A DNA stretch of 63,995 nt, the filler included, from Neolecta irregularis DAH-3 (Eukaryota): the NCBI GenBank assembly GCA_001929475.1. It is 6 parts of 6 records of this genome, joined end to end, with 100 filler letters (N's around TTAATTAATTAA, not from the genome) between each part and the next. Parts side by side here need not be neighbours in the genome. Positions count along the whole stretch, not along the records: positions 2,078 to 29,386 come from LXFE01004296.1; positions 29,487 to 35,783 come from LXFE01000640.1; positions 35,884 to 60,688 come from LXFE01000641.1; 3 more parts are not named here. The stretch is one strand, 5' to 3'. Both the position numbers and the translations under genes were made by a program. This document shows, in pieces, positions 26,852 through 38,377 of this stretch (positions within the stretch are counted from its first letter, which is position 1; every line of letters begins with the position of its first letter). The notes under the pieces were generated by a model. It worked only from the letters and a program-made list of their open reading frames with translations, was not told the origin of the DNA and did no database searches.

Positions 26852-27388
26852 GGAGAGGACTCAAGACCGAAGATACAATCTGGCAAGAAAATAATCAGGA
26901 GTATTGAGAGAATCGGTCGAAGGAGAACGATCAATTAAGCAAGCAAGATAAGTGGAAAAAGAGCAAAAAGGTCTAGTCTTGTTGATTAACAGTAGCTCTG
27001 GCTAAACAGAAAGATCACTTGCCTACGGTAAAAATTATATACCTTTTATTTGCGCAAAGCAAAAGTTTTGTAACACCACAACATCGAGAACGATTTATCC
27101 ATCAAAACAATGGGGTAAGTAGAAGCACAAATGAAAAAAGTTCAGAGAGAAGGGCGAGAAATATAAGCATTTTATCCTTTTCTTTCCAGGCTCATAACTA
27201 AGTCAAAGGCCAAGCTGGGTTTCGTATGCGCACAAATATATGGAAGCCATCTACATCAAGTCATTTGTCAACATGAATGTATAATACGTCCTAAAAGATA
27301 TAAAACAAAATAGAGCTGAAATCTCAAATGACCAATATTTTCCCTACAAACTTTTTGACACCCAACATCCACACAACACCCTTCCGTC

Positions 27389-27562
27389 ATGTCAGGAAAA
27401 GTCGATCCGCACGGTCCAATGATGCCAGAAGTTGACAATACTGTATATATCAGTCTGGGAATGTTTATCGTGAGTCGTTTTGGAGGGCACGGAATACTGA
27501 TGGTTTAGGCAGCTGTTGCATTTTTCGCGAGTCCATTTGCAGAGATCATCGTTGCCGTGTGA
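27389..27562 (+). CDS. TOM6: TOM complex small subunit Tom6-like (44 aa; exons 27389-27469 and 27509-27562)
   Basis: Spliced product MSGKVDPHGPMMPEVDNTVYISLGMFIAAVAFFASPFAEIIVAV; intron GTGAGT..ACTGAT..TAG; the AVAFxxSP motif is typical of fungal Tom6. Confidence 0.7.
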
Positions 27563-27954
27563 TGCATAGGACGTAAATCAAGAACCCTGTGTATATATAT
27601 GTGGGTTACTTGCCAATATATTCTTCTGGATCCAATGCTATTCGGTTTGCAGCCTCCACCTTTTTAATGGCCCGGCATCTGATTTTGTGTAAACTCAAGA
27701 TTTATTATCAGGACTCGGGGGAATTATCTGACAGGTAAATTGAAGAAGATCATGCAAACTCTTGAGAAAGACTATGCCTTACCATTGGTCCTAAATGATA
27801 TTTCTTGACGCTCGAATTCAGAGATGATTGCATTGTATTCTTACGACAACTTTGTGAATATCTAGTGTTTCTTTATACACAAGCTAGTTTAATAAAATGG
27901 ACTAGGATGCTCGGTGCTGCCTCTACATTTATAAACCCGACACGCGACATCGAC

Positions 27955-28791
27955 ATGACCTCGGCGAGCCCTGAGACCCCGAATAACCGCCTCGATTCCT
28001 TAACTTCGCACCAAGATTTACCTGTTGGTGTATGGAGACATCCTGCACTGGATACTGTGCTCAGAACGGCCCGGCGCCGAGGGCTGGACCAAGATATCGT
28101 TCGTAGATTGCTCTGGAATTTCACGGTTCTTTTCGTCTTTTCTCGAGTCAAGAATCTCCTTTCTGAAAGGTACCATAGAACAATATATTTTTCTTAGAAC
28201 TTACAATAGCGATATCCCAGTACTATTTCGACCTTTATCCCACTACACGGTGTACTGGAATCTGATAGGTTGTTTAATCCTTGATGTGGTCTTTGCTCAA
28301 GTCTTGAAGAGATTGCCTTCCAGGGACTATGCCTGTTCAATATCATGTTTGCTGCCTGGCGTCTTTGTAGCCCCCGAGATAATTTTGCAGAGCTGGCATT
28401 AACACCATCGCAACGAACTCTTCTGGGTCTTGATCCAACCGGTAGTCAATTTATTTAAAACAGATAAGCTAAGTCGCCAGTTCTATCTTCCCCAGTAGTT
28501 TCCAGCGGAGGTATCACTCCTCCGAGATATATCAAATCGAGTCCACAGGTATATTTATAAGTACTAATACTTTCTGATGCTCAGAATCGTCGATCACCCA
28601 GCTTAACCCCTTTGCAGAAAACACCGCTCATGACAGATAATGAGAATTCACGTATAATTCAGAACCACCCTTCCCCTTTGCGGGAGAATTCTCCGGGAAG
28701 AAGGGTGTCATCAACATTGTCCCCATCGAGACGATCACCGTACTCGCCATCTGCAAGGATTGCATACAAGCTAGTTTCACAGTCATTGTAA
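27955..28791 (+). CDS. POM34: Pore membrane nucleoporin Pom34 (NPCC family), multi-exon
   Basis: PVGVWRHPALD..RRLLWN, hydrophobic segments, DNFAELALTPSQRTLLGLDP, SP-rich tail. Confidence 0.8.
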
Positions 28792-28907
28792 ATCATACTG
28801 GAATCCTTGTATTTTTGTGTCATCTTTAAGTAAGCTTGCGTAAGGTGAATTGCATCATGAAAGACAAGAAGAATATATCAGGTCTTATGACTTATCTCGA
28901 TACGACA

Positions 28908-29386
28908 CTATTGGGCTTTCTTGGCCTCTACCTTCTTCAGGGCCCTTTCTCTGATGCGATTGTGCATTTTTAAGTTCAAATTCATCAAGAGGGTCTCGGG
29001 CAATCTCTGATAGAGAAAGTGGAGAAAGGCATGCGCCCAAAAAGGTGTGAAGACGAATGGTTCGCCGTCAGTCCTACCAATGGTAGACATAATGGATGTG
29101 ACGATGGTGTTGGGAGTAGGGACAGTGAGTGAGGAGTTTCTGATCTTTGTCATTTTGGAAGCCTGAGGGTTATTTTCTTTTCTTGAAACAGAGAGAGGTA
29201 CCACGAGGTATGAGTTTAAAAGACGGACGGTTACGCCTTTGTGAGCCAATTCAACGCCAAGAGCTTTTGACCAGGCCTTGAGAAAGCTTTTTGCGCCAGA
29301 GTATGTGGCAAGTAACGGAGTTGGATACTCGGCGGCGAAACTGCCCATGTTAAGAATAAGGCTTCGCTTGTGGCGTATGAGGATTG
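28908..29386 (-). CDS. IFA38: Very-long-chain 3-oxoacyl-CoA reductase (SDR), 3' part only
   Basis: LILNMGSF..PTPLLATYSGAKSFL (YxxxK), SKMTKIR, C-terminal IRERALKK..KKAQ. The 5' part is lost at the spacer. Confidence 0.88.
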
Positions 29387-29486
29387 NNNNNNNNNNNNNN
29401 NNNNNNNNNNNNNNNNNNNNNNNNNNNNNNTTAATTAATTAANNNNNNNNNNNNNNNNNNNNNNNNNNNNNNNNNNNNNNNNNNNN

Positions 29487-29720
29487 ACCTCTACCTCTAC
29501 ATCCACCTCTACCTCTACATCCACCTCTACCCCCACCTCTACATCCACCTCCACTACCCTCCCCTCCACTCATCCCCCATCCACCTCAACTACCCCCTCC
29601 ACATCCACTCATCCCACCTCAACCTCCACTCATCCCCCATCCACCTCCACCTCTGTTCATCCCCCCTCCACCTCTGTTCATCCCCCATCCACCTCAACTA
29701 CCCCCTCCACATCCACTCAC
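29487..29720 (+). repeat. C-rich low-complexity tandem repeats (ACCTCT/CCACCT/CATCCCC) at the contig start
   Basis: Directly visible short-period repeats running in frame into the RBR ORF. Confidence 0.85.
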
Positions 29721-31665
29721 ATCCGCGCCATCAGAGCAGTGCTGCCAGACATCGACCCCGCTTACCTGCTCCACTGCCTCTCCCACTACCGCCACAACCA
29801 TGTCCAGCGCGTCGTCGAAAAGATCCTCCTCAACAACGCCCACTACCCCACCGTGTCTGCCGCGCCCCCCCGCTCCTCCGTGCACCTCCGCAACGACCGC
29901 CTCCTGCTCCTCAACCTCGCCTTCCCGCACGTCGACGTCGACGCCCTGCGCCGCAAGATAGCAGACAACCCCCATCTGCCCCTCGATACCATCGCCGAGT
30001 CTATCATCGCCGCAGACGCCTCCCTGCCAAAGCGCCCAGAGCCCGGCAGGCTAGACCCCTGGGAACGCTTCAGGTCATCATCATACATCCATGCCGCAAA
30101 ACAACAGCTGTCCCTCGAATTCCCAGACCTCGCTGGCCCCCAAATCAACGCCATCATGGCCGAATCAAACTACGACTACTTCAAGAGCAGGGAAAAATTA
30201 CCCAGTGTCCAGCCCGCCTGGTGGCACCGCCTGAAAAACTACGTCGGCATGTCGCACCGCAAACCAGTTCAGTTCAGCCTCTCAAATATGCCCTCTACCG
30301 GCTGTCCCGATCTCGACATTCAAATCGGCTCCATCGTGCGGCTGCACGCCGTCGAGCGCGACAGAGAGTTTGCTCTCAAACTCAATCGTAGAGAATACGA
30401 CCGTTTCAAAAGCAACATCGAATGCGAGTGCTGCTACGGCGATTTTCCCTGGGAGGAAATGACGTGTTGCACTCAAGGACACTTGTTTTGTCAAGATTGT
30501 CTAGTCAGATTCGTCAAAGAGGGTTTATTCGTCCAAGGAAACCTCCGCGGCGCGGAAAGAATCCACTGTCTGTCCTCGGCAGCTGCCTGCGACGCTTTTA
30601 TCTCGCCTGTCCTCGTGGATCTGGCATTGCCCAGTGATATCAAAAAGACCTTTTACGACTGCTACGCGCAGTCTTGCCTCGATAAATCGGGATTGCCACT
30701 AGTCCGCTGTCAATTTTGCGGGTACGCCGAAATTCAGCAAACTCTGCAAATTACTCTACGCGATATTGCAATAAAGTTGCCGGGATTCCTATTACCTGTG
30801 GCACTCGCATTAACAGTTCCCGCACTTACTATTTGTTTACTATTCATCGCCGCCCTATTCGCTGCTTCGCAATTATTGAGACTCGCAGCAATGTCCGCTA
30901 GTCCATCCCATCTATGGCATTCCCTCCATCGTCGTCTAGTCGACACTTTCACAAAGGTAGCTCGAGATAAACGCGGCTCAGTCTTTTCATGTCAAAACGA
31001 ATCTTGTAAACGCAAAACCTGCTTTACATGTGAGCGTGAATGGCTGCCGCTTCATAAATGCTTTGAAGAAGAAAATCAAAAGCTGAGACTATATATCGAA
31101 AAGGCAATGGCAGACGCCATAAAGCGCACGGTACAACCCATACAAGCAACATCTATTCACTATAGTGTCCAAACTGCAACATCAGTTTTGTAAAACTGGA
31201 CGGATGCAACAAACTAGTCTGTCCATGCGGCTACGCAATGTGGTTCGGTTCCCATGTATATTCATTTAACATCTAGTTATATCTGCAGAAAAGATATCCG
31301 AATAGAAGGATACCGCCATTTCTGCCAGCATTTTCGAGCTCTACGCGGCGTAAAGTGTTCAGAAGGATGCGGAAAATGCGATTTATATCAAGTCGAAGAT
31401 GAAGCTAAAAGTAACCAAGCCCCCACTGGATATCTGACATGGTTTAGTTTTGCAAGATGCAAGGGATCGAGCGATCGCGGAATATACAAGTTTAAACGCC
31501 CATCCCGCTTTTCAAACTCGTTCAATGCAAGTTCGTGCTGGACCCCCCGTCAATGACATTTTCGATGGTTTATTCTTTTTATTTTCTTCTGATTGGATAG
31601 GCGATTCCTTGATAAATTCACTTGAACTCGCCTTGTACAAAATCATTGATATAATCATGACTTGA
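29487..31665 (+). CDS. RBR-type E3 ubiquitin ligase (RNF216/TRIAD3-like); start codon not in the window
   Basis: CUE-like LPDIDPAYL and FPHVD, RING1 CECC..C.QGHLFCQDC..C, split IBR (CQFC...C..C..CFTC..H.C), RING2 RT|CPNCNISFVKLDGCNKLVCPCGYAM..CRKDI. Confidence 0.9.
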
Positions 31666-31849
31666 ATCGCACACAACTATCTTTTTCACGTTCACAGTAA
31701 TCCCCTATTTTCAACTAGAATAACATTTAGGGTAACCTCTAGGTTTTCTTTAGGGAGTTTGGCGGGTTAATTATATTTCACACAATCCCTTGGTAGACAG
31801 TACTTTTTTTTAATTTGTTACATTATCTGGTTTGTACGGGTATGTACAA

Positions 31850-32909
31850 TCAATCATCTAGATATTTTTTGGAAATTTCCGCGTCTTCGTCGGTTGACCA
31901 GTCATCATCCTCACTTTGCGTTGCTCCTCCTCTCTTGCGTTTCCTCGGCGGTGGACAAGGCGGTATTACAAGATCTCCAAGTCCGGTATCCTAGAGTTAC
32001 TGATATACACATCAAGCATTTATACCGTTATTACAAATGGAATAGGCGAATGATCCGTCCCGTCGAGAGTCTTGGAGATACATGCAAATCGCCCATCAGA
32101 TATACCATACCCATCAACAACCTGCCGTCGATAAAGCATAACCCGATGCGTACAAAACGAAGATAAATTATCACCTATTCATTTAATATATCACTAACCA
32201 AGTACGTGCCGAACGCAGGAACCAAACCAGCTGAACCAGCAACAACCTTGGTAACCATCTGATTCAACAACACCACTGAAAGATTATTCTTTGCTGCAAT
32301 GCTTAATAATGACGTCATTAAATCATTTGTGATTCTCAATCTTGAAGAAGCGTGAGGATCAATGTTGAATTTCCCCTTGACGTCTTTAAAACTTGACGTT
32401 GATATAGGAAACGCGAGAGCAAACGGTATAGACAAGTTATCAATCACAACGAGTCTAGCAGACGACGACGAAAATGCCTTTTTTAACCCGTTTTGCAAGG
32501 AAATCAGGGAAACAACGGTTGGCGCATGATATACATTTATTAAATCGAGTTTTGACTCGTCATTTTTGAAAAGAGTGACGAGTCGACTAGTTGGTAGCGG
32601 ACTCGCTGTATCTACCAATCAACGCATTTAATTTTATATAATACCAATCCAGACCGTTCGAAATCCAGAATTAACAGAGTCTAAAGTGAGTTGAAGCCTG
32701 CGGATTAACCAAAAATGACTACGATACTACGCAATTGCCGTTTTGCCTGATCCCGGGGGACCGCAGAATTCCGAAATGTGGCCTGGTGCAAGGCCTCCCC
32801 CTAGCTTTTCATCAAGAAGGGCAATTCCGGTAGATAGTTTGTTTGCAGTGAGAGAGTTTTCGAGGGCTTGGGAGGCTGATAGAGTTGGTAGTCGGTGGTC
32901 CCAAGACAT
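31850..32909 (-). CDS. RAD55: RAD51 paralogue, Rad55/RAD51C-like, multi-exon
   Basis: HRLPTLSASQAL, LSTGIALLDEKLGGG, Walker A GPPGSGKT, Walker B LVVIDN, VVLLNQM. The exact paralogue is less certain than the family. Confidence 0.75.
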
Positions 32910-33076
32910 ACCAGACTCGACCCTGGCAGCCCATTTATCAAATATCCCTCGATAAACATCGGTACGCACTCTTCAATATTCGCACAAGCTAGGCATGATT
33001 ATCAAGATCGCTAGAATATCTTTTACAATACATTGATTATTAAAGTAAACTCGAACAAAAACCCAAACCAGAAATA

Positions 33077-34651
33077 TCAAGAATTCGCCCTTCGTCTAAC
33101 AAAATACTGGATACACCGAGCGATCGCGGTGTTTCTACTTTTGAAGCCAATAGAAGCATTGTTCAAGAGTGATCGAAGTAGTTTCAAATCGACAGTGAGA
33201 GAATTACTCATCCCGGAATGAAATCCTTGGATACCGTATTCCGTGATCTTGATGCATCGTTCAATGAACGGCCAACAAGCAGGTTCAAAGAGAGTTGCCA
33301 TTGTTTTCAAATGATAGCGTTCTCGAAGAGATTGATCGTTGTAATGAAGTTCGATTTTGTATTCGAGCCCGAGTTGCAAAAGTTTAGATTTTGCCCACGA
33401 TTTGAGCATATCCAATGTAACTACTTCATTTCCAACGCAGATGTAGAGAGCTTGTAGACTCTCCAGTCCAAGGAGATACTGTTCTACATGGACCCACCGA
33501 ATTGTCCCCAGACGCAGAGATATGCCCAAGGTTTGAAGAGACCCGCAGCATACTGGTAAAAGCCCAAGCTCGTCTTGTGTGCCAAGGATTCCCACTTTTA
33601 GGTTCAATATACTTGGACACGAAGCAAGCAGGATATCCAACAATCCCAGCGGGCCCGGTAGCCGTTCGGGGTCTGAAGAGACGATAATTACTTTTTTCAA
33701 ATTAATACATTCAACTTTTGTCGTGGGGTCGATTCGAGGTTGAACGATTGCGTCCGTCACCGTTTTGACTAATACTACAGTCAACTCGACCAGTCCCCGC
33801 AGTGCTAGAACCGAAATCCAGTCGTCCTCACTCAAATAGTCTGAAACATATAGTTTCTTCAACATTCGAGAGGGCGTTGAAAATCCCCGATGACTGGTGA
33901 ACTCCAACAGTCCTTGAGGTAATCGAAGTTGTGGATGATGGGGACCAAAAGCAGGGAACCATGGCCCGATAGTAAGTTTCTTCAAATTAGGGCAATTGTC
34001 TAGCCAGTCTTGAGTTTCATCGTGGTATGGACAGAGATCGAGTCCAACAATACGATCAGCACAACACGAGACAAACTCTTGCAGTACTTTTTCGACTCCT
34101 TTCCCTCTATTCCAAAGAAGATCAGCATCATCAAGTTCAATAGCAATCCGACGATCAATCTTTGTCAACGCAATGTAAAAATTTGAAACAATAGCATATG
34201 CTCGATTACGAAGATGGATGTCATCGAGAGACTCAATAGAACAAGCAACACCAGAGATTGGCTCCACGAGGATCTTCATGCTTTTCAAATTTGGAGCGAG
34301 GGAGATGATATTAAGGAGACCGGTTGCCCAACGATCGAGGTAGTCCAGACTTTGGTTGTCAATCGGTCTAGAAGTTGATGGTTGAATATCGAGATGTATT
34401 AAATGGGGCAGTATATGATTCCTCGAAGCAGCTTCCACCATTTCCGTCGCGGAAAACATCGATTGAAGGTGTCCTTTATTATACTGTGCAGGCCGCTGTC
34501 GAAACACAAAATCTGCTTTTTGCCAGCGAAAAGACAAGAGTTTGAGGTAGAGCTCTCGACATGCTAGCATACAAGCACGTACGTCCAATCTATTGCAATG
34601 AACAAGTGTGTCACAAAGCAGGACTTGTGGTAGACGTTGCAGTGCCGACAT
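33077..34651 (-). CDS. F-box-like/LRR protein, intronless
   Basis: N-terminal LQRLPQVLLCDTLVHC..DVRACMLACRELY F-box pattern followed by LRR-like units (APNLKSM, CPNLKKL, CPSILNL, SLQTLGI). Confidence 0.7.
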   Translation of the reverse strand: MSALQRLPQVLLCDTLVHCNRLDVRACMLACRELYLKLLSFRWQKADFVFRQRPAQYNKGHLQSMFSATEMVEAASRNHILPHLIHLDIQPSTSRPIDNQSLDYLDRWATGLLNIISLAPNLKSMKILVEPISGVACSIESLDDIHLRNRAYAIVSNFYIALTKIDRRIAIELDDADLLWNRGKGVEKVLQEFVSCCADRIVGLDLCPYHDETQDWLDNCPNLKKLTIGPWFPAFGPHHPQLRLPQGLLEFTSHRGFSTPSRMLKKLYVSDYLSEDDWISVLALRGLVELTVVLVKTVTDAIVQPRIDPTTKVECINLKKVIIVSSDPERLPGPLGLLDILLASCPSILNLKVGILGTQDELGLLPVCCGSLQTLGISLRLGTIRWVHVEQYLLGLESLQALYICVGNEVVTLDMLKSWAKSKLLQLGLEYKIELHYNDQSLRERYHLKTMATLFEPACWPFIERCIKITEYGIQGFHSGMSNSLTVDLKLLRSLLNNASIGFKSRNTAIARCIQYFVRRRANS

Positions 34652-35246
34652 TATCAGGCAGTCAATTGTCGATTGTTGAGGGGGCAGAGAAAAGAGTGGA
34701 TGATAGGAGCAAGGGGATATGGATACGAAGGACAAAGCGGGACCTCAAAAGGACAAGTGTCTGGGACGTGCGACAATAGAATTCGAGTAAGGATGACTGA
34801 CCAACAAACTAAAACCCTCGAGTTCGTTAAAGAATAGATAGTTGCTGCAAGGGACTTTTCTAGCCTTGAAAGGGCTTTGCCAATCATGGTCAAGTGCAGA
34901 AACCCACTTCACAAACGTGACGTTGCCCTAGGCTTTTTTCCGGCGGAAGTCCGGCGTGTGGCTTATAGCACGTGTCTAAACACTTGTCTCTTCGAGGCGA
35001 ATGATTGTATGTACATATTGCAAGTAGTTAACCTCGACTTCTTATATATATTGCAAGCTAGTCGGCAGTCACAGGGCTCTTTGTAAACTGTTATAAATTG
35101 AAAGAGTAGAGAGATAGTCAATACTCATTAAACTGAAAATACATCGAATTACAATATTGTCTGTTGAACTCCATCTATAGCCCTACATGAAGTGTTACAT
35201 CAGCCATATATTCTACCTTATCTATACTCGCCAACATTTTACGGCC

Positions 35247-35783
35247 TTAGGTACGAATTCTGATTTCGTCTATAGAGTTGAAATCGCTCTGACGAACCTT
35301 GAAAGCAAATGATAATACGAATGTAATCATTTCCCGAATCAGCTGTGGCGAAATTGTGCTCCACGCTAGATGTGGCGGGGGGGTTCTTGAAGTTGCGCAT
35401 AAAAAGCGGTCAACCACAGCTATAGCTGCTCGTTGTTCACGCGCAGGCTTCGACAAATAGTTTCGATTTAAATTAAGACGCTTTATCAGAATTCCTTTTT
35501 CGATTTGTGCCTGGTGAATCTTCGTTGTTCCAGGCGTATACCCATGTTGTCGGTCTGAGCACTTTAGGAATACCGAAACAGCGGCATTTGCTCTATTGTT
35601 TACTTCGCCAAAGTCACCATCTGCAGATATGTATGTGATCTGATCATACTCATTGAAACTTCGAGTTATTGTAACATAGTGACCTGACCCAAAAGAATGG
35701 ACAAATGCACGAACATCACGAGGAGGAAAACTATTGTGGGCCATATAGTAATACGATTCGGAAGAATACGACACGCGTTCGGT
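35247..35783 (-). CDS. Secreted-family member, C-terminal part only (paralogue of 43587-44960)
   Basis: Shares SYY, (V/H)SFGxGHYVTIT, I(T/A)YISADG, MxTFVLS and KVRQSD with 43587-44960. The 5' part is lost at the spacer. Confidence 0.8.
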   Translation of the reverse strand, partial: TERVSYSSESYYYMAHNSFPPRDVRAFVHSFGSGHYVTITRSFNEYDQITYISADGDFGEVNNRANAAVSVFLKCSDRQHGYTPGTTKIHQAQIEKGILIKRLNLNRNYLSKPAREQRAAIAVVDRFLCATSRTPPPHLAWSTISPQLIREMITFVLSFAFKVRQSDFNSIDEIRIRT

Positions 35784-36089
35784 NNNNNNNNNNNNNNNNN
35801 NNNNNNNNNNNNNNNNNNNNNNNNNNNTTAATTAATTAANNNNNNNNNNNNNNNNNNNNNNNNNNNNNNNNNNNNNNNNNNNNGGTGTGCGTAATGTGAC
35901 AGGTTTATATACAACTGATAACACATCTCCACGTGAGATGGCGAGATATACCATCACGATTCCTACGATAAGAACTGTGACTCTTACAGGTTGACCCGCC
36001 CGCCCGCATTCAGGCAACGTTTTGACCCGCCCACCCGCCTGCCGGAGATTGATTGACCTGTCTGCCCGCCGCAGGGTCTCCGGTGGGGT

Positions 36090-36253
36090 CGGGCGGGCGA
36101 GTGGACACACTGTAAAAATTTATCAAACAAGTCCAGACAAGTAAGTCCAAGTTTTAGCAAGTAAGTCCAAGCAAGCAAGTCCAAAGGCTTGAAATATGCA
36201 AGCAAGCAAGTCTAAAGTTCAGAATTGGACTTGCTTACTTGTTGGCAAGTCTG
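36090..36253. mobile_element. DNA-transposon terminus, copy 2 (matches 2322-2494)
   Basis: GGGCG(A/G)GTGGACACACTGTAAAAAT...GGACTTGCTTACTTGTT(G/A)GCAAGTCTG shared with copy 1. Confidence 0.75.
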
Positions 36254-36704
36254 CTCATTGGTATCAATAAAGGATCATGTTTGACTCTCGCAAGTTCTTA
36301 CAAGTCTAGTTCCTGATTATATACCCCCTGCCAGGCTAGGAACTACAGCTTATAAACAGTTAAAGTTCTGCAGACTAAGAGATGAGTAGAGACTTTTTGA
36401 AATTTCGCTTTGGTTCAATTCGTGGAATGCCTTTATAAATCACTCGACTATTTTCAAAATACACTTTAATGTGATAGTCTCATAGCAGGGGATTCTTCCT
36501 TGTAGGCGTCAATCGTCTCAAGACTAAACATAATATGTTGGTTCTTAAAATGCTGGAACATTATTCCGTTTGATTTATTATTGAACATGTCATGAAATAC
36601 TTTTAGAGTTATAACTGGAGAGTGAATTTGCTACAATACCCGTTCCTGTAAGGGTAGGGTAAATGGAAAACCCAATAATTCGAGAAATATTTCAGCTAAT
36701 TAGC

Positions 36705-37488
36705 TTATTCTCCAAGTGGGAAGTATGCAGGAATAATCTTCTGGTAAACCTCGAAGTCTTTCCTCCCAAAAACACAAAAAACCACTGCATCAAGCTGCAA
36801 GTCAACAGGAGTATCTCAAAAATATTACTTTGTCTGAATTGCTTTCTAGCCAATTGCGGACGGTCTGTATAGCAACATGTGATGCATCCTTGACAGGGTA
36901 ACCATAGATACCAGTACTCAAGCTTCCAAATGCAATAGATCGAAGGCTCTCCTTTGCAGCAAGCTCAAGACAATTAAGATAAGAACTATGAAGGAGACCC
37001 GCGGCATTGTCTTTCTCGACGTCGTAAATTGGTCCAACCTCTTGGTCAATGTTCTCTAGGATAGCAACTTTGATACGGTATGTATAATGCCTTAATTGTC
37101 AGTCCAATTCCAATAATCAGATCTCAAACGTTTAGCCGGCAATCGATACCCATGTGTAATTTTTGTCTCTCCGGTTTTGCACCCGTTCAAAGTCCGGCAT
37201 TCTTTGAGCAACTCGGGTCCTGCATTCAATAAGCTTTGTGCATCAGGCCATACCTGCTGCGGTATGAATAGCCCCGTCCAATCCACCTCCACCGAGCAAT
37301 CTTTTGTTTGCAGCATTTACTATTACATCAACCTCGAGTTTCGTGAGATCGCCGTCCCAAAGATACACTTTGTCATTCAAGATTTTTGAAAATTTATGTT
37401 GCGGCTGACTGGAAGATACTAAAGGCGAGTTTCGATATAGAACAGTAAGGTTATGTAGTTGCTCCAGCTTTGTGATAGTTCTCGCCAT
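36705..37488 (-). CDS. MacroD-type macrodomain protein (ADP-ribose hydrolase), multi-exon
   Basis: [60 protein letters not shown]. Confidence 0.93.
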
Positions 37489-37577
37489 CTTGGAACAGAC
37501 AAAAAGTAGATTGTAATTAGGATGAGTTTACACCGTCACTCATCAACCTGCTCCATCTCTCATACGAGCTCCCTGTA

Positions 37578-38373
37578 ATGTCTCGCAGACCACAATTAGA
37601 AGAAGTCAATGATAGCGATGATGAGATTTCAGAAGTAGACATTTCCTCTCTCCCAGCAGCCGGATCAGTTGTCCCCATGAATCTGCAAAATATCTCGGCG
37701 CCGCTCGCTCAGTCCAATTCTGAAGACACCATCGCAGGACGACATCAAATGGAGGATGATTCTGCTTTTAAATCCTGGATCTGTATTTATCCCATATTCT
37801 TTGATATCGCCAAATCCTATGGAGAAGGCAGACGTGTATCTGCGGACAATGCTGTGGAATGCCCATTGGCGTACACTTTGGCTGGTGGAGCACGTTTTTT
37901 ACAAATCCCACATGTATTTGAGGTATGATATTCTGAAAAGATGTTGGGCCAAGTTGACTGAGCCAGCCGATAAAGATACACCCTGGCGATTGGGCAAATC
38001 CTGGTCGGATACGGGTGTTGCTCAAGGGACGAGACGGATTACCTACACATCCAACATTGCATACGAGTAACCAAGAATTTCCTGCATTTACTGACTAAAA
38101 ACAGAAAAGGCATTATATACCGCTCTATCACATTTCCTGAAGAAGAATCCAACAACAAGGGAAACACCTCTCAAATTTCCCATACGTGGCCTCCCTTCTG
38201 AGAAAATCCTACCACCGCCCGCATGCCCAAAGGGCTGGAAGCTAAACGCGATAGTACCTTTACATTCAAACGCTGTGACAGGCGGAGGAATATCCGAGAA
38301 TTTTATGCAAGATATGATGGAAAAAGACCCCGAAATGATGAAAAATATTCGAGCTACTGCTAGAAGAGGTTGA
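37578..38373 (+). CDS. SEC65: Signal recognition particle subunit Srp19/Sec65 (2 introns)
   Basis: WICIYPIFFD..GEGRRV, KIHPGDWANPGRIRV, PKGWKLNAIVPLHSNAVTGGG. Confidence 0.93.
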
Positions 38374-38377
38374 TAAA

